IMG/VR virus record: IMGVR_UViG_3300042010_000106
Coordinates: 248,326 to 312,325 of that record
Direction: 5' to 3' (one strand)
DNA: 64,000 nt
Translations under genes and position numbers: made by a program
Part shown: piece after piece, positions 47,118 to 56,157 of the stretch
Position numbering within the stretch: the first letter of the stretch is position 1
Layout: each line of letters opens with the position of its first letter
The notes under the pieces: generated by a model
What the model was told of the DNA's origin: nothing
Seen by the model: the letters and a program-made list of their open reading frames with translations, nothing else
The model's database searches: none

Positions 47118-47446
47118 CGCATAAGTTCACGCCGACACATAATGCAGTGCACTTGCGGCATGCAGTAGCCGCTATGGTGGAATTTCAAGGAGGGTCACGT
47201 AAAGTAGACCTAACGAATTTTCCTGAAGAAAAACTTGCGTATTTTATGCAGGCTATCGAAGAGGTTGGTTCTGATCCTGAATTCATCAAACCGTGCTACA
47301 CCATCGACCAATGGTTTGAGCGTCATTGGCGGCTGTTCCCTTTCAGCGATTTGTGGGCCAGTCTTACACCGATTCAAAAGGAAATGGTTTCCTGTGCACG
47401 CCATAGCTGCGCGTCATTGGCGACCCACTACGGGCATGAGGTTTAA
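47114..47446 (+). CDS. Hypothetical protein, tandem paralog A
   Basis: W...HWRLFPF...LTPIQKEMV. Confidence 0.7.
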   Translation: MTHKFTPTHNAVHLRHAVAAMVEFQGGSRKVDLTNFPEEKLAYFMQAIEEVGSDPEFIKPCYTIDQWFERHWRLFPFSDLWASLTPIQKEMVSCARHSCASLATHYGHEV

Positions 47447-47764
47447 ATGAAAACTTTTACTGTGCGTTCGAACATGATGATGCTGCACGCTACTTTGAGT
47501 GGGCTGATGCTCATTCACGATATGCAACCGGCAGAATGGATTGAGCTGAATGACAAAGACGTTCTGGCCTACGGTGACGCGGTTGACGACTACCAATTGG
47601 AAGTTGAGCCGTGGTACACAAAGCATTGGAAATTGTTTCCCTTTGGCGAATCGAATTTCCGCAACCTGACTTTGATTCAGCAGGAAATGGTTGAACAAGT
47701 CAGCGGGCAAGTTAATCTCGCTGGTCATTGGTATGGCGAGAATCTGCAAGCACTGCCAGCATGA
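47447..47764 (+). CDS. Hypothetical protein, tandem paralog B
   Basis: W...HWKLFPF...LTLIQQEMV. Confidence 0.7.
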   Translation: MKTFTVRSNMMMLHATLSGLMLIHDMQPAEWIELNDKDVLAYGDAVDDYQLEVEPWYTKHWKLFPFGESNFRNLTLIQQEMVEQVSGQVNLAGHWYGENLQALPA

Positions 47765-48303
47765 CAAAAGACGAACTCGCGGCTATCAAGCGAATCATCC
47801 GTAAAGACAAAAAGTTTCAGCGGATGAAAGAGTTGTACGACACCAACCCGGCATACGCGATCAACTTCGAAGGTTTCCACGAAGAAATTTCGATGCTTCA
47901 CGTCACGCGTAATACGCGTAGCCTGCGCCGGAAGAAAAGCAATCAGTTTGTCGAGAACGTGATTGATGCAATGCTGCAAGACGCGGCCAGCCGTTCCCGT
48001 ATCGTTGAAATCCTTGGGCAGTGCGTGAAGATCGGCACGTCCATGGAAAAAACCGTGTCGAACGTTCGTGATTATTTGCTCTCGGAATACACTGTTGTTC
48101 TGCGTAAGCTGGGCACACAGACCGAACGTAAATACTTTGTCGAAAGTGTGATGCGGACGTTTTACGAATACCTCAACAAAATAGAAACTCTTGAGAAACA
48201 TGCACGCCTTGTGGTGGACGACATCGACAAAGCTGGCTACGTTTATAAAAACCTCATTGAGTCCATAAAAATCCTAACACGACCTGAGCAGACACACCTA
48301 TGA
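47761..48303 (+). CDS. Helical protein, possibly UvsY-like recombination mediator
   Basis: All-helical; C-terminal DDIDKAGYVYKNLI; weak resemblance only. Confidence 0.3.
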   Translation: MTKDELAAIKRIIRKDKKFQRMKELYDTNPAYAINFEGFHEEISMLHVTRNTRSLRRKKSNQFVENVIDAMLQDAASRSRIVEILGQCVKIGTSMEKTVSNVRDYLLSEYTVVLRKLGTQTERKYFVESVMRTFYEYLNKIETLEKHARLVVDDIDKAGYVYKNLIESIKILTRPEQTHL

Positions 48304-48590
48304 AAACCGTATTTGTTTACGCAAACAAATTGGCTCTCGCTGCATTCAATGATCCGCAGGAGGAATTACTTAAAGCCTTCGAAGGCACAGCACTTCCCCA
48401 CATTGCGGAACACGTCGTTATTTTCCCACTGGAAAGCAAAGACGAAGACCTTGCGGAGTTTCACCAACAGGTGGCCGACTACGCAAAGGAACATGGCGAA
48501 GCAGACGTGTTTTTCTACATCGTGGATGGGGCAGAATTGCGCATCGTTCAGGAATTGTTGACGCTCTCTTCTGAAATCATTTTCCATTGA
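48300..48590 (+). CDS. Hypothetical protein
   Basis: 96 aa. Confidence 0.65.
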   Translation: MKTVFVYANKLALAAFNDPQEELLKAFEGTALPHIAEHVVIFPLESKDEDLAEFHQQVADYAKEHGEADVFFYIVDGAELRIVQELLTLSSEIIFH

Positions 48591-48642
48591 TTGCATCGTG
48601 TGTGGGTTCATTCGTGCGCCCACATAACTGTAAAGGTGATGT

Positions 48643-49083
48643 ATGACTAGCCAAGCATTTGAAATGCCGAAAGAGCTGCACGGAAAGTTCAACGACGCAA
48701 TCCTGTCCTATTGGGATCGTCCATTGCTGCCAATGTTTTTGATTCGCGGCGAAGTTAAAAGCACGCTGGTTATTCAAACGGTGAACGGTCTGCGAAATGC
48801 AGAATCCAAGTTCATCGACGACCCGGCTATGCACGAAATTCTGTACAAAGGCGGCAGTCTGGTTTTGTACACGTTCACCACGATTGAAGAAGCCTGCGCC
48901 GCTATTCAGGCACACGCTGCAACAAAGTCACGGTTCCCGTTCATTTCGGTGCGCGACCTCAACCTGAGCGACACAACACCTCTTTTGAAATTCTTGGAAG
49001 AAAACAACATCGAGTTGCGCATGATGTTTGATCGTCCCGAGTGTTATGCAGAAGAGGTTCGGCACCTCTTACCCGAGCTTTGA
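48643..49083 (+). CDS. Hypothetical protein
   Basis: 146 aa; ACTGTAAA at 48627. Confidence 0.7.
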   Translation: MTSQAFEMPKELHGKFNDAILSYWDRPLLPMFLIRGEVKSTLVIQTVNGLRNAESKFIDDPAMHEILYKGGSLVLYTFTTIEEACAAIQAHAATKSRFPFISVRDLNLSDTTPLLKFLEENNIELRMMFDRPECYAEEVRHLLPEL

Positions 49084-50751
49084 ATGGATAAAATAATCAT
49101 ATCGGATAAGCTGTATGTCCCAACACACGCCATCCCTGAGAAGCGTGTGCAGAAGCATTATTTCAAGTCTTTCTTTTCCGATTATGGTTGTCGCCAGTGC
49201 GATTTTCGTCCTGAGCGTCCAGTTAAAGAATGTACAGGTTGTGAGAACTTCGGCGGGCATTACAAGCTGGCGAACACCCGCATTATTGGCAACGTGGAAT
49301 ACTACGGTTTGCCTTTGGGTGATCGCGAAAATATCGAAGATAAAATGCGCATTGATTTCGACGATTACAAGATCGTTGATAAGCGGTGCCGCGAAGAGTT
49401 CGACTACAAAATCAAAGTGAGCCTCGGCGAAGGTCGCGACTGGTTCCCTTACCAGTTGAAAACCATTGATCGAATGAAGAAAGCTAAGTACGGCCTGTTT
49501 GTTTTGCCGCCGCGTTCTGGTAAATCTTTGACAGCGATTAAACTGGCTGTAGAGCTGGGCTACAAAGTCCTGCTGATCGCTGACCAATACGACTTCTTGA
49601 ATCAGTTCATCGGTGACATTGAGGAAAGCACCAACCTCAAAGCGTTGCAGGAAAAGACTGGTAAAAAGTTGTACGGTTTCATCAAGTCCAAAAAGGATTT
49701 GAAAGATATCCAAATCGGGATCATCACGTATCAATCGTTGATTACCGACAGCGGGCGCAAGCTGTTGCGTGCCTGCAACAAAACGTTTGGCACCGTGCTA
49801 TGCGACGAAGTGCAATCGACAGGCGCACCGGAATTTTCATGGGTTATGAACAACATGAAAATGCGTTACCGTTTCGGCTGTACCGGTACTGAAGAACGCA
49901 AAGACGGTAAACACATAATCACGTTCCTTGTGATTGGTGGTGTGAAATCAAAAATCAAACGTGCGCAGATGACGGCGAAGATGCTCGCCATCGACACGGG
50001 GTTAAAATCGAAAGGGAAATTCCAAGGCAAGGCCGGGTTTGTTCACCTCGGTAAAGCACTTGCGAAAAACGAGAAACGAAATGCGTTGATTCTTGAGTGG
50101 GTTTTGAAGGATTTGGAAGCCGGTCACAGTATCGTTATTCCGCTGCACTTCAAAGATCATATCGAGGAAATGGTTCGCCGTATCAACGCAGCCGTGGGCT
50201 ACGAAGTTGCAGCCGCATTTGTTGGTGGTGGTACATCGCCAAAGAAAAACAAAGAACGTCGCGACTGGATTAAAGCGCAAGCATCTGCACGGAAAATTCG
50301 TGTTGTTGTGGGCATTCGTAAACTGCTGCAACGCGGTATCAACATTAAACCGTGGAGCTGCCTGTACTACGTCATGCCAATGAATAACGAACCGAACTGG
50401 AAACAGGAAAGCTCGCGTATTCTCACGCCAGACCCGGATAAACGACAGCCGATTATTCGGTTCTTTGTGGATAGTGGTGCGCAAGCGTCTTTGAAGTATT
50501 GTGCGAACACGTGGGAACAGGCGATTAAGTTCAACCACCAACCTACACCAACCGCACTCGACCGTATGCGCGTGATGCTGAAAAATGTAAAGCGCAACAT
50601 AAGCGAAGAAGCGGCAGACTGTGAAGTCGAAGTGAGTACAGCAGGCGTGCGGCCATCGGGCGGAATGTTCGGTAATATCGCTGCGCAAATTGCCAGTAAG
50701 CGCCAAGACAACAAAGCGGACTATTGGAAAAAGAAGAAAGGTAAAAAATGA
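49084..50751 (+). CDS. SF2 DNA helicase (UvsW/XPB-like) with N-terminal C4 zinc motif
   Basis: PYQ, PPRSGKS, DEVQ, TGT..RKDG, RGINI, Q.SSRI; CRQC...CTGC. Confidence 0.88.
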   Translation: MDKIIISDKLYVPTHAIPEKRVQKHYFKSFFSDYGCRQCDFRPERPVKECTGCENFGGHYKLANTRIIGNVEYYGLPLGDRENIEDKMRIDFDDYKIVDKRCREEFDYKIKVSLGEGRDWFPYQLKTIDRMKKAKYGLFVLPPRSGKSLTAIKLAVELGYKVLLIADQYDFLNQFIGDIEESTNLKALQEKTGKKLYGFIKSKKDLKDIQIGIITYQSLITDSGRKLLRACNKTFGTVLCDEVQSTGAPEFSWVMNNMKMRYRFGCTGTEERKDGKHIITFLVIGGVKSKIKRAQMTAKMLAIDTGLKSKGKFQGKAGFVHLGKALAKNEKRNALILEWVLKDLEAGHSIVIPLHFKDHIEEMVRRINAAVGYEVAAAFVGGGTSPKKNKERRDWIKAQASARKIRVVVGIRKLLQRGINIKPWSCLYYVMPMNNEPNWKQESSRILTPDPDKRQPIIRFFVDSGAQASLKYCANTWEQAIKFNHQPTPTALDRMRVMLKNVKRNISEEAADCEVEVSTAGVRPSGGMFGNIAAQIASKRQDNKADYWKKKKGKK

Positions 50752-50975
50752 GTGTAATCATCCTGCGTGCCCGTGCCGAACAAACAGCAGAACAGCGTAA
50801 AGAATGTGAAGTGTTTACACGGAACTACGAATCGCATACAGCGCACACGCAGGAAGAGGTTCACCGATACCTTGAATGCAACCCGTTGAAAGATGTTACC
50901 TACGTTGCGTGGGTTTCGGTGGTTCTTTTTGGGTTGCTGTTTCTTATTTATTGGGTATGGAGAAATAAGAAATGA
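50748..50975 (+). CDS. Small membrane protein
   Basis: C-terminal hydrophobic helix followed by RNKK. Confidence 0.6.
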   Translation: MSVIILRARAEQTAEQRKECEVFTRNYESHTAHTQEEVHRYLECNPLKDVTYVAWVSVVLFGLLFLIYWVWRNKK

Positions 50976-51163
50976 ATTTCGAAGCAGATACACCGGTTCA
51001 CCTTGGCAACATTGCAGAAGCGGAAGCCGCATTTCAAGCGAAGCTCAAAGCAATGTTGAATCCCGATGTCGGCACCATTGGTCACGTTGATCACGGTAAG
51101 CCAAAGACATATCAACCGAAATTGAACCGCGCACAACGTCGCGCACAGAAGCACAAAAAATGA
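50972..51163 (+). CDS. 63-aa protein containing the EF-Tu P-loop peptide VGTIGHVDHGK
   Basis: GGAG RBS; ATGA overlaps on both sides; 11-aa match to the EF-Tu G1 motif. Confidence 0.7.
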   Translation: MNFEADTPVHLGNIAEAEAAFQAKLKAMLNPDVGTIGHVDHGKPKTYQPKLNRAQRRAQKHKK

Positions 51164-51345
51164 TTACAACTGGCGGCTGGATCGCAATTGGTATAGGCGC
51201 TGTGATTGTTGTCGTTGGAGCTATCGCAATTTTCCGCGAATGGCTCGACATGCAAGACGCGCAAAATGAACTGGAACGCATGCAGTACAATAAATTCCAG
51301 TACGACAACCACACGGCTTTCGAACAATACAATAAAAAGGAATAA
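51160..51345 (+). CDS. Small membrane protein
   Basis: N-terminal TM helix. Confidence 0.6.
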   Translation: MITTGGWIAIGIGAVIVVVGAIAIFREWLDMQDAQNELERMQYNKFQYDNHTAFEQYNKKE

Positions 51346-51349
51346 TCCT

Positions 51350-51589
51350 ATGTGGGAAATCTTTCGCAAATTGCTGGGCATTCGTACACCAGAAGAATCG
51401 TTTCGTGCTGGTGCTGAATACGTGAGTGCAGAAGTAGAAAAACACGGTGCTACCAACACCGAAGAAATGAATCGTTTGTGGGCCGAATGCGACGGTGCGA
51501 TTGATAATTCCCCGTTCGACAAAGGTATGGCGCGTGAACTGATTCGCCTGAATATTCCTGATCCTCAAGATCCACGGTGGAACCACTAA
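51350..51589 (+). CDS. Hypothetical protein
   Basis: AAGGA RBS before MWEIF. Confidence 0.6.
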   Translation: MWEIFRKLLGIRTPEESFRAGAEYVSAEVEKHGATNTEEMNRLWAECDGAIDNSPFDKGMARELIRLNIPDPQDPRWNH

Positions 51590-52104
51590 TGGGCAACGTA
51601 TATTGCGTTTTAAATCACGACCGTAAAGAGGCGTACCACATCGGAAAATCTTTCACGGTCATTGAAATGCTTGGATCGTGGGAATCGGTGCCGTTTTATC
51701 CATACAGCTATTTCAGTTTCAAAACGCTTGTACTGTTCGACATGGTAAAGTATCTCGCCGAAGCGGAACCGCACTGGCGTATCGACCATATCGAAAAACT
51801 TTGCAAAGAATTGATTGCTTTCGATCCGCAATCGCTTTACGAAGAATGCGACGATGCTGTGTTGGAATACTACCGCGACTACAAATACATCGGCAGTATT
51901 TATGCGCAGCATTTCGATTATGACGATGGAATAGGTAAACCACTGCATGACCGTGAAGACGGCCACGTGTGTGACGGCGACCTTCGGCCACAAGACGCGC
52001 CACATTTGGTGCTGATTGAAAACATGAAATACCACATCGAAGAAAACGCCAAAAAGATCGACGCACAGGCCGAGCAAATCGCTAACCTTCTGCAAGGTGA
52101 ATAA
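51589..52104 (+). CDS. Hypothetical protein
   Basis: TAATG overlap; 171 aa. Confidence 0.65.
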   Translation: MGNVYCVLNHDRKEAYHIGKSFTVIEMLGSWESVPFYPYSYFSFKTLVLFDMVKYLAEAEPHWRIDHIEKLCKELIAFDPQSLYEECDDAVLEYYRDYKYIGSIYAQHFDYDDGIGKPLHDREDGHVCDGDLRPQDAPHLVLIENMKYHIEENAKKIDAQAEQIANLLQGE

Positions 52105-52107
52105 ACC

Positions 52108-52320
52108 ATGAGCATAACGAAACAAGATCGTGCGCGTGCAAAAGCTGTGATGAAACAGTTTGAAATCGACGAAGCGGCCCGTATGCAAATGCAGAAAGAT
52201 TGCACACTACAACCGAAGCTGGCTGAGTATCTGAATAGTCCTGAAGGCAAAACAGATATGAAAGCATTCATTGCGGACAAGCTGTCTACCCTGAGCAAAT
52301 TGTTTGGGGTGAAATTGTGA
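52108..52320 (+). CDS. Hypothetical protein
   Basis: 70 aa, in operon. Confidence 0.55.
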   Translation: MSITKQDRARAKAVMKQFEIDEAARMQMQKDCTLQPKLAEYLNSPEGKTDMKAFIADKLSTLSKLFGVKL

Positions 52321-52514
52321 GCCTCGATCCTGAAAGTGTGCAGTATATGAAAGACGCCAGCACCAAAGCGTTGGAAGAACTTCGCGAAAAAGAACCGTTC
52401 TTTCCGCGTTTCAATGATCGCCGGTTCTACGCAAAAAGTACATTGCCTGACGGCACTGAATTGCACATCATTGCGCGCCCGAGCGCAGTCAAGAAAGGTA
52501 CACGGGTATTATGA
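52317..52514 (+). CDS. Hypothetical protein
   Basis: GTGA overlap. Confidence 0.5.
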   Translation: MSLDPESVQYMKDASTKALEELREKEPFFPRFNDRRFYAKSTLPDGTELHIIARPSAVKKGTRVL

Positions 52515-52629
52515 TGGAATACGACGAAGATCACGAAGACGCAATGTGCGAACACGGCAACTACTTCAACCAAGTAGAATGCGAAGAGTGCATGAGCGCA
52601 AATGAAATTCCTGATTCCGGGGAAGAAGA

Positions 52630-52812
52630 ATGAAACGTCGAATCAGCCACCGTCGTGTGAAAATCATCATGGCTGCACAGCTACATTCATTGGAAAAACA
52701 ATTCCAGTTTGAGCCGGACGACTATCACACCAGAAAAGTAAAGCGTATCTATATGCAGTGCGCGCAGATACACCTGAACGAACGTATATTCCCTGTACAC
52801 GCGAAACTGTAA
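52630..52812 (+). CDS. Hypothetical protein
   Basis: 60 aa; purine-rich RBS. Confidence 0.45.
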   Translation: MKRRISHRRVKIIMAAQLHSLEKQFQFEPDDYHTRKVKRIYMQCAQIHLNERIFPVHAKL

Positions 52813-52842
52813 ATACGTTGTATAGCACTAACTGAGGTTCGT

Positions 52843-53508
52843 ATGAGCAGTCGTCCACCAGCACCACACCTGAATTTCCGCATTGATTCAGACAGGGTGA
52901 AAACTCTAAAAATGCAGGGCGTTGATGGTTCCGCGTTTCAGGTAATGCGTAGCCCGTTTCTACTCGACGATACTCTGACATCCATTACGCCGCACGTACC
53001 CGCATGGCTTCCTGAAGACTACGATTTGCCGCGCTTGAGTGTTCGCCGACAGATTGAAGCTTGCCAGCGGATGTTGACCAATCCTTTGCACGGTAGCCCG
53101 ATTATTGGTATCGGTTCCATGGCTACAGATGATCGCGCAAAGTTTCTGGCGTTGTCGTTTATGGCAGCGGCGATTGATCAACAGAAATCCACCAAATCAC
53201 ACCGGGGAAAACTTCTGCCTTTGTGGCATCGGGTGTTAGGTGGTTATCAAGACAATTTGCGTGACCTGAAAGAACGAAAGAATATTTCCATGTTGGTAAT
53301 CACCAATGTGGCGCCAGATAGTACACCGCAAAAGATTGAAAAGGTGCGCGACCTTCTGGAAATCTACGATCATATTCCGCGAATTGTCGTAATGAATGGC
53401 GCCGATCCTGTGTCGTTCTTCGTTGAGAAAATCCGAATGACAATGCAGTTTGCGATCTTTCTGAATAGCAAGCGCAGTTCGAAACAAGACCTATTGAGCA
53501 TGATCTAA
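52843..53508 (+). CDS. Degenerate P-loop fold protein (possibly DnaC/helicase-loader-like)
   Basis: beta-G...helix, MLVITNV, IEKVRDLL and PRIVV topology without an intact Walker A; ACTGTAAA at 52806. Confidence 0.35.
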   Translation: MSSRPPAPHLNFRIDSDRVKTLKMQGVDGSAFQVMRSPFLLDDTLTSITPHVPAWLPEDYDLPRLSVRRQIEACQRMLTNPLHGSPIIGIGSMATDDRAKFLALSFMAAAIDQQKSTKSHRGKLLPLWHRVLGGYQDNLRDLKERKNISMLVITNVAPDSTPQKIEKVRDLLEIYDHIPRIVVMNGADPVSFFVEKIRMTMQFAIFLNSKRSSKQDLLSMI

Positions 53509-54356
53509 TGGCCGACCTTACTGGATTGCCCGACGTTGTAGACGAAGAAGAATACGTCGAACTTCCTGAAACGGAAATGACGCTGAAAGACCTTCAGGAA
53601 ATTGCCGAAGACGAAGATAAGCTCGCGGCATTAAAGCTGAAAATCGAACGTGGTTACGCAGCTTTGTGCGCATTGTGCGCGCATCCAATGGAAGACGATG
53701 ACGAAGCTGAATCTGATGATGACGACGAAGAAATGTCCGATTCAAAAGAACTAATCAGCCTCGACAAAGCATTGAAATGCGTACACACTGGCCTTGATCT
53801 TTCAATGCCGAAAAAGAAAAAGAAAAAGCGCAGCCTTTCCCTTGACGGTAAAGGTGGTGCATCGACAGACGAAGACGCCGACGAAGATCCTGCGGAAATG
53901 TCATGTCGTTTGCTATTCAAAAAGATTAAGCAGGCATCGCATCCTGACAAGATCATGCGTTTCAGCGCAGACATAAAGAAAGAAATTCTCGAATGCTTTT
54001 TCAATGCCAAAACCTATTACGCTGAAGAGGATGTTAGTGCATTAATCCTTTGCTACATTCGCGTTTATTTGTTGCGTGGCGAAGCATTCAAGATTACGCC
54101 AAAGATGTATCAATTGGCAAAGGAACGGCACAATGCCATTCTGCACCATATGAATTATTTGGCAGCGCGCCCATACATTAACGCAATTGAAGCGTTGTAT
54201 CGCGGCGAAAAGGAATTGGCAAAGCGTTTGTTTACTGCTTATCTGAAGAAACAAAAGGCAGAGAAAGCAGAGGAATGGGATGCGTTCGTTGATGAAGACG
54301 GCGAAGTCTATTTCGAATACGATGATGAAGAAGACGAAGAAAAAGAAGACGAATAA
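53508..54356 (+). CDS. J-domain (DnaJ-like HPD) protein with acidic and poly-Lys tracts
   Basis: LFKKIKQASHPDK...F.NAK..Y. Confidence 0.65.
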   Translation: MADLTGLPDVVDEEEYVELPETEMTLKDLQEIAEDEDKLAALKLKIERGYAALCALCAHPMEDDDEAESDDDDEEMSDSKELISLDKALKCVHTGLDLSMPKKKKKKRSLSLDGKGGASTDEDADEDPAEMSCRLLFKKIKQASHPDKIMRFSADIKKEILECFFNAKTYYAEEDVSALILCYIRVYLLRGEAFKITPKMYQLAKERHNAILHHMNYLAARPYINAIEALYRGEKELAKRLFTAYLKKQKAEKAEEWDAFVDEDGEVYFEYDDEEDEEKEDE

Positions 54357-54380
54357 CACAATCAAATGCAATACCTAATC

Positions 54381-54402
54381 AGGGGCCTAGTGCCCCTTTT
54401 TT
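54381..54402 (+). terminator. Intrinsic terminator
   Basis: GGGGC-CTAGT-GCCCC-TTTTTT. Confidence 0.8.
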
Positions 54403-54513
54403 ATTGCCCAAAATACGCAAATGTTTCGTTTAAATCCCTTTAAGTAATTTAGATATAGTGGAAAGGCAGTAAATGCACATTCCCATATACCAACGATACA
54501 AGGGGTTTATTCC

Positions 54514-56154
54514 ATGGCATTTCCCAATACAAGTGCCGGGGTCTACGATCAGGATCGTGACCTTAGCCAGCGTGGCGGCACCGTAATCAGTTCCATTGCG
54601 GCACTGGTTACTGAAGCTGCAAAAGGTAAAGTCGGTGAGTGGATTGATGTTTTCGACAAAGAAAATGCCAAACAAACTTTCGGCACAAAGTCTCTGAGCA
54701 AATACGGTTTCGGCATGTATTGCACAGAGCAATATCTGCGTGAATCGCGCATGATGGTTAAACGTGTTGTTGACCCGGCCACCGCCCGCACTGCTGGCGC
54801 ATGGCTTTCGGTTGATGATGTAACCGCAACCAATCCAGTTCTGAAACTCGTTTGTTTCGACAATGGCGACAATCAGCCGCAAGGCGTGCTTGGCGATCCA
54901 ATGGAAACAGTCGATTTTCTCGCATCTAATCCGGGGGCAAAAAATGCCCTTTTGTTCGTTTGCGCGAACTCGCCGGGTGAATGGTCTGATGAACTGAGTA
55001 TCCGCGTTCGTCCATCCGCCCAAATGGGTACAGAAGTTGGCGAATTTTCTGACCCGTACCATTTCTACCTTGAAGTTTTCCTGAACTACAAGGGTGATGC
55101 TTCTGTTCCGGTCGAATCCTATTTGTGTTCGCGGACTTCGGAAATTGATGGGGAAGGCGGTCAGATGTACGTCGAGGATCGCATTAACGCGGCTTCGCAA
55201 TACATCAAAGTGAAAAACAACAAACTGTGCCCACCTGTGCAAATCCGTACAACTGCTTTCGAATACATCGACGGTGGTGAAGACGGCAAGCGCCCAACTG
55301 CCCAGCAAATTGCTGAAGCATGGGATGGTCTGGAAGACACGGACACGTACGAAGTACAAATTCTTTTGAACGCGGGTTACACGACTCCAAACGTTCAACA
55401 GAAAATGATTACCACCGCTGAAAAGCGTGGTGATGCAATCGCAATTATCGACCTGCCGAAAGAATACGCCGAAGCTGCCCGCGCAGTGAACTATCGTCGG
55501 AATATCCTGAACGTTTCCAGCTCCTACGGCGCGATGTATGCCCCGTATGTGGAAGTGACCGACGAAATCACAGGCCGTCGTTTCTTCTGCCCGCCATCTG
55601 CATTGGTAGGCGCTCAATTCGCATACACCGACCGCGTGCGTGCGTACTATTGGGCACCGGCTGGTATTTCGCGTGGTCAAATGAAAGTCACTGACTTGTT
55701 CAAGAAATACAACAAGCAGGAACGCAACGCTTTGGAACAGGCGCAAGTCAACGTGATTCGCCGTATTCCGGGCCGTGGTTTCGTGATTTTCGACCAGTCC
55801 ACACTGCAAGCTTTTGCGTCTGGTTTCCAGAACGTAAACGTACGCCGTTTGGTCAACGGTATTAAATCCATGGTTCGCAAAGCTTTCTTGCCATCGGTAT
55901 TTAATCCGAACGATGAATTCGAACGCCTCAAGCTGAAGAACCTCGTTGATGCCGAAGTGCGTACCATCAAAACCGGACGCGGTGTAAACGAATGGGAAAC
56001 CATTTGTGACGAACGTAACAACACGCGGGATGTAATCGCGAACAACGATATGGTCATTGACCTGATTCTTGATCCGACCATTCCTGCAAAACGCGCGCAT
56101 ATTGGTGCGGATATCCGCAACTTCGGCGATTCGATCAGCTTCCGGGAGTCCTAA
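54514..56154 (+). CDS. Contractile tail sheath protein
   Basis: AGVY..D.D.S, GG.DG, AIIDLP, YAPY, PPS, WAPAG..RG, VNVI, NVRRL, CDERNNT. Confidence 0.92.
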   Translation: MAFPNTSAGVYDQDRDLSQRGGTVISSIAALVTEAAKGKVGEWIDVFDKENAKQTFGTKSLSKYGFGMYCTEQYLRESRMMVKRVVDPATARTAGAWLSVDDVTATNPVLKLVCFDNGDNQPQGVLGDPMETVDFLASNPGAKNALLFVCANSPGEWSDELSIRVRPSAQMGTEVGEFSDPYHFYLEVFLNYKGDASVPVESYLCSRTSEIDGEGGQMYVEDRINAASQYIKVKNNKLCPPVQIRTTAFEYIDGGEDGKRPTAQQIAEAWDGLEDTDTYEVQILLNAGYTTPNVQQKMITTAEKRGDAIAIIDLPKEYAEAARAVNYRRNILNVSSSYGAMYAPYVEVTDEITGRRFFCPPSALVGAQFAYTDRVRAYYWAPAGISRGQMKVTDLFKKYNKQERNALEQAQVNVIRRIPGRGFVIFDQSTLQAFASGFQNVNVRRLVNGIKSMVRKAFLPSVFNPNDEFERLKLKNLVDAEVRTIKTGRGVNEWETICDERNNTRDVIANNDMVIDLILDPTIPAKRAHIGADIRNFGDSISFRES

Positions 56155-56157
56155 TAA

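Noticed and set aside
50972-51163. tuf gene or pseudogene
   Set aside because: Only 11 residues match; the flanks are unrelated and the ORF is intact and translationally coupled.
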